Assembly (NCBI GenBank): GCA_964542245.1
Contig: CAZITU010000003.1
Coordinates: 17,888 to 81,887 of the forward strand
Direction of reading: 5' to 3'
Source of the DNA: an uncultured Nitrospirales bacterium
GTDB lineage: Bacteria > Nitrospirota > Nitrospiria > Nitrospirales > NS-4
Length of the DNA stretch: 64,000 nt
Shown: positions 60,974-64,000 of the stretch, one piece after another
Numbering within the stretch: position 1 is the stretch's first letter
Layout of the letters: every line of letters begins with the position of its first letter
Notes under the pieces: model-generated
The model's input: only the letters and a program-made list of their open reading frames with translations
The model's database searches: none
Told to the model about the DNA's origin: nothing
Made by a program: the position numbers and the translations under genes

Positions 60974-61414
60974 TTACTTGCCCTCGAAGGTCCGCTCGTA
61001 GAGAATCGTAGTCCAGGCCTCCTCTTCCGTAATCGCGGTCCCGATCAGCGGCACCATGCCGGTCCCCGGGCTCCCGTTCTTGATCACCCAGAACATCTCG
61101 CCGTCCGTCCGGTTCTTGTGGAACTTCGGGTTCGTGAAGTTCCGCGGGGAGGGATTCAGGATCGCACCGGCCGGGCCGTCCCCCTTGCCGCTGATCCCAT
61201 GGCAATTGAAGCAGGTCCCCTTGCCTTCGAAAATCGCCTTGCCCTTGGCGATGTTTTCCGGGGTCTTCGCAATCGGATTCTTCATCGCCTTGGCCTTACC
61301 ACGCTGATCACCAGGCACGCGGGAAACCGTCGGGTCCTTCTCTTCGGCGTAAACCGTCACGGCCACCATCGCACACACCGACAATGCTATCACTCCTGAC
61401 TTCAGATAACCCAT
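60974..61414 (-). CDS. class I c-type cytochrome (secreted)
   Basis: Signal peptide, haem-binding CFNCH, distal Met in GTGMVP. ATG at 61414 follows AAGGAGGA. Confidence 0.88.
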   Translation of the reverse strand: MGYLKSGVIALSVCAMVAVTVYAEEKDPTVSRVPGDQRGKAKAMKNPIAKTPENIAKGKAIFEGKGTCFNCHGISGKGDGPAGAILNPSPRNFTNPKFHKNRTDGEMFWVIKNGSPGTGMVPLIGTAITEEEAWTTILYERTFEGK

Positions 61415-61495
61415 CACCGTCCTCCTTTATGGTTAAACGTCGTTCTCTCTTCAAACCTCTTTAATTTCCAACGAAACAGGCCGAAAAACCGGCAA

Positions 61496-61524
61496 AATAT
61501 AACGTGCCCCCCAGTGGCTGTCAA
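61496..61524 (-). promoter_or_regulatory. sigma-70 promoter of the cytochrome c gene
   Basis: Minus strand TTGACA-N17-TATATT, with an A6 tract immediately upstream of the -35 element. Confidence 0.5.
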
Positions 61525-61721
61525 GTTTTTTGTCTCAGATGGATTGCACATCAAGTGCCACTTTCTAACATGATGCAACAGCAATAGACAAAGCCCTGAC
61601 ACTCAAAGAGGGCCCGCCTGGTCCCAGGCACCGCACGCCGCATTCCGGGCATGGTAGGCACGCCGATTACCGGCAGAGTCATCGCTGGCATGCAAGGTGC
61701 ATTTGCGGGTCCCGTATGCTA

Positions 61722-61797
61722 TGGTGAGCCGGCTGGGACTCGAACCCAGGGCCCTCGCCTTAAAAGGGCGATGCTCTACCAACTGAGCTACCGGCTC
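61722..61797 (-). tRNA. tRNA-Lys (anticodon TTT)
   Basis: Minus strand GAGCCGGTAGCTCAGTTGGTAGAGCATCGCCCTTTTAAGGCGAGGGCCCTGGGTTCGAGTCCCAGCCGGCTCACCA. Anticodon loop CTTTTAA. Confidence 0.9.
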
Positions 61798-61847
61798 ACC
61801 GAAAGAGAGCCGCACTTTAACACACGGAAACGAAGACGTTCAAGAAA

Positions 61848-63167
61848 TCAGCGGCGAGCCACCGGGCGGCGGCGGGCGAGGAGCAGCGGATTCCGGAGCA
61901 CGATCGTCTCATTCCGCCTCGATCCGGTGGACACGATGTCAATGGGACATTCTGCAAGATCTTCAAGGCGGGCCAGGTATCGGCGTGCTTCTGGCGGCAA
62001 GGCACGGTAAGCTTTGATCCCCGTCGTGGACCGTCTCCATCCCGCCCATGACTCGTAGACCGGCTGGCATGCGGCGAACGTGGCCATTGCCTGCGGGATC
62101 TCAGTCACCGTCTTCCCCCGAACCTTGTAGCCTGTGCAAATCCGAATCTCGTCGAGACCGTCGAGGACGTCCAGTTTCGTGACCGCCAAGGACGAGAGTC
62201 CGTTGACGCGGACGGCACAGCGAACCAGCACGGCATCATACCATCCGCACCGCCGCGCGCGGCCGGTCGTCGCGCCGAATTCATTCCCGCGCGTCTGCAG
62301 AGCCGTCCCAACCTCGTCCTTCAGTTCGGCGGGGAAAGGCCCGCTTCCCACGCGAGTCGTGTAGGCCTTGGCCACCCCCAGCACACCGTCAATAGCGGTC
62401 GGTCCTACTCCTGTCCCGGTACAAGCACCACCCGCCGAAGCGCTCGAGGACGTCACGTACGGATAGGTGCCGTGGTCCACATCCAAGTGCGTCCCTTGAG
62501 CGCCCTCCAAGAGTACTGTCTGTCCCTTCGAAATGGCCTTGTGAACCAGGTGGCCGGTATCCACGATCATGCCGCGCAAGCGCTCGGCGTAGCGCAGATA
62601 TTCCTGAAAGATCTTCTCGGCCTGAAAGCCCGGAGCGCGATAGACGGCCTGCAGCAGCGCATTGGTCTCAGCCACGTTGTCTTCCAGTTTCTGGCGGAAA
62701 TAGGGCGGGTCCAGCAGGTCTCCCATACGGATACCGATTCGCGCCATCTTGTCCACATAGGCCGGACCGATGCCCCGCCCGGTGGTGCCGATACGCCGCC
62801 CGCCCTTCTGAGTCTCACTCGCCTTCTCGATCGCCTTATGGTAGGGCATGATCACATGGGCGGCATGGCTCACATAGAGGCTCTTCTCAATGCGGATCCC
62901 TTTCGTTCTCAGATCATCCAACTCCGCAATCAATGCCGCAGGGTCTATCACCACGCCGTTCCCGATCACGCAGGTCGTCGCCCGATATAAGACTCCCGAC
63001 GGGATGAGATGAAAGACATACGTCTGGCCACCCTTGACTACGGTGTGGCCGGCGTTCGACCCTCCCTGATACCGGACCACCATGTCGGCGTCGCGCGCGA
63101 GCAGATCGACGATCTTCCCTTTGCCCTCATCGCCCCACTGGGTCCCGACTACCACCAATGCGCCCAT
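61848..63167 (-). CDS. purA: adenylosuccinate synthetase
   Basis: MGALVVVGTQWGDEGKGK P-loop and GTTGRGIGPAY. Start taken at the second Met; the tracked start at 63191 is possible. Confidence 0.93.
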   Translation of the reverse strand: MGALVVVGTQWGDEGKGKIVDLLARDADMVVRYQGGSNAGHTVVKGGQTYVFHLIPSGVLYRATTCVIGNGVVIDPAALIAELDDLRTKGIRIEKSLYVSHAAHVIMPYHKAIEKASETQKGGRRIGTTGRGIGPAYVDKMARIGIRMGDLLDPPYFRQKLEDNVAETNALLQAVYRAPGFQAEKIFQEYLRYAERLRGMIVDTGHLVHKAISKGQTVLLEGAQGTHLDVDHGTYPYVTSSSASAGGACTGTGVGPTAIDGVLGVAKAYTTRVGSGPFPAELKDEVGTALQTRGNEFGATTGRARRCGWYDAVLVRCAVRVNGLSSLAVTKLDVLDGLDEIRICTGYKVRGKTVTEIPQAMATFAACQPVYESWAGWRRSTTGIKAYRALPPEARRYLARLEDLAECPIDIVSTGSRRNETIVLRNPLLLARRRPVARR

Positions 63168-63300
63168 CGTTTTTCTTTGACCCCTTGACATGAAAAGGAG
63201 CCCTGGCCGGATCGGCGAGAGCTCCCACGCGATTCCAGTCTAGGCACCTGCCTCGCCATTGTCAACACACATCACTTGCTCTCCGAACCCCGTGGCTTTC

Positions 63301-63330
63301 TTGACTCTTCGGAAAACCGGGTGTTATGAT
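63301..63330 (+). promoter_or_regulatory. candidate sigma-70 promoter of tRNA-Ala
   Basis: TTGACT-N18-TATGAT, ending 12 nt before the tRNA 5' end. Confidence 0.45.
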
Positions 63331-63341
63331 GCCGTTCGGTC

Positions 63342-63417
63342 GGGGCTGTAGCGCAGTTGGGAGCGCGTCAGACTGGCAGTCTGAAGGTCGCGGGTTCAAT
63401 CCCCGCCAGCTCCACCA
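63342..63417 (+). tRNA. tRNA-Ala (anticodon GGC)
   Basis: Acceptor GGGGCTG/CAGCTCC with the G3:U70 alanine identity pair, anticodon loop CTGGCAG, CCA encoded. Confidence 0.9.
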
Positions 63418-63493
63418 AACCGAACTTGTTGGGCCGGGTGCTTCGAGCAAATGCACCCGGATATCCGATACCTTACCCCCCCAAATCCTGACC

Positions 63494-64000
63494 ATGCTCC
63501 AACTCGAATCCATCACCAAGCAATTTGCTACGAAGGTCATCCTCAAGGAAGCCACGGCGCATCTGCGTCCGGGCACTCGTGTCGGGCTCGTGGGCCCCAA
63601 CGGGGTCGGCAAGACGACTCTCCTCAGACTGATCTTGGGCGAACAGGACCTTGATGGCGGCCGCATCCGCAAGCGTCCGCGCCTGCGCATCGGCTATCTC
63701 CCCCAAGACCTGGAGGAACATCTAGGCAATACCGCAGTGGGCTTGGGAGGGGCGTCTGCGGGGCCCCCTCCCACTACGTTGGACGCGACCCACCGGGGAC
63801 AGCACCCGGAGCACGAAGCCAAGCGCATCCTCTCCGGCCTCGGCTTTGCCGAGCCCGATTTCGAACGGCCCCTCTCGGCGCTCTCCGGGGGGTTCCGAAT
63901 GCGGGTGGCCCTGGCGCACCTCCTTCTTTCCGCACCCGACGTTCTCTTGTTGGACGAGCCGACCAACCACCTCGATAAGAGCACGCAACGTTGGTTCGAA
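63494..64000 (+). CDS. ABC-F family ATPase, 5' part (runs off the window)
   Basis: Absent from the ORF track (no stop in window). MLQLESITKQF..., Walker A GPNGVGKTT, signature LSGGFRMRVALA, Walker B LLLDEPTNHLD. Confidence 0.85.
   Translation, partial: MLQLESITKQFATKVILKEATAHLRPGTRVGLVGPNGVGKTTLLRLILGEQDLDGGRIRKRPRLRIGYLPQDLEEHLGNTAVGLGGASAGPPPTTLDATHRGQHPEHEAKRILSGLGFAEPDFERPLSALSGGFRMRVALAHLLLSAPDVLLLDEPTNHLDKSTQRWFE

Noticed and set aside
61494-61512. GGCACG...TTGC on the minus strand upstream of the cytochrome c gene as a fifth sigma-54 promoter
   Set aside because: The GG-to-GC spacing is 13 nt instead of 10. The same region gives a near-consensus sigma-70 TTGACA-N17-TATATT.

Overview
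GC-rich window (about 58-62% by eye, with lower-GC patches) from a Gram-negative genome. The lineage cannot be fixed from the sequence alone. Positions 1-58142 form one minus-strand exopolysaccharide (EPS) / PEP-CTERM-exosortase supercluster. It starts with four tandem single-gene PEP-CTERM units (the first is cut by the window edge). Each unit has its own sigma-54-type promoter, two upstream TGACA-N7-TGACA boxes and a GC-rich hairpin terminator. Next come prsR-prsK-epsI-xrtA and a large exosortase-adjacent lipoprotein. After that is a run of about 40 co-directional, often overlapping EPS genes: GT4/GT2 glycosyltransferases, two AsnB-type amidotransferases, LbH acetyltransferases, methyltransferases, four FemAB-family proteins plus a CelD-like GNAT, DegT aminotransferases, NodB deacetylases, a CapK/PaaK-like ligase, an ATP-grasp enzyme, Wzy-like and Wzx proteins, WecB, a heparinase II/III-like protein, VanZ and the priming sugar transferase. 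The cluster ends with two response regulators, a SWIM/coiled-coil protein, a Wzz-BY-kinase fusion, a Wza-like lipoprotein and a WbpP/WbpO-like epimerase-dehydrogenase pair. The right-hand 6 kb is housekeeping: tRNA-Arg(CCT), a HAD hydrolase, a BtuF-like binding protein, a squalene/phytoene synthase family gene, a cytochrome c, tRNA-Lys(TTT), purA, tRNA-Ala(GGC) and the 5' part of an ABC-F ATPase. No CRISPR array, transposase, integrase or rRNA was seen. The observations most worth follow-up are listed here. (1) The phased regulatory architecture of the PEP-CTERM genes, and a 16-nt copy of its box on a distant cytochrome c promoter. (2) An unusually dense set of aminoacyl-transfer and amide-forming enzymes, which suggests an amino-acid-decorated EPS. 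(3) Several scars of recent rearrangement: an in-frame TGA splitting an acetyltransferase, an internally deleted wzx copy, a 57-bp in-frame duplication of a membrane anchor, and a 129-bp duplication of a LuxR HTH. (4) An operator-like 11-mer array and a G8 tract at the RBS of the priming transferase. (5) A G-quadruplex-capable palindrome at the epimerase/wza junction. All functional calls rest on motif recognition by eye; no database search was run.
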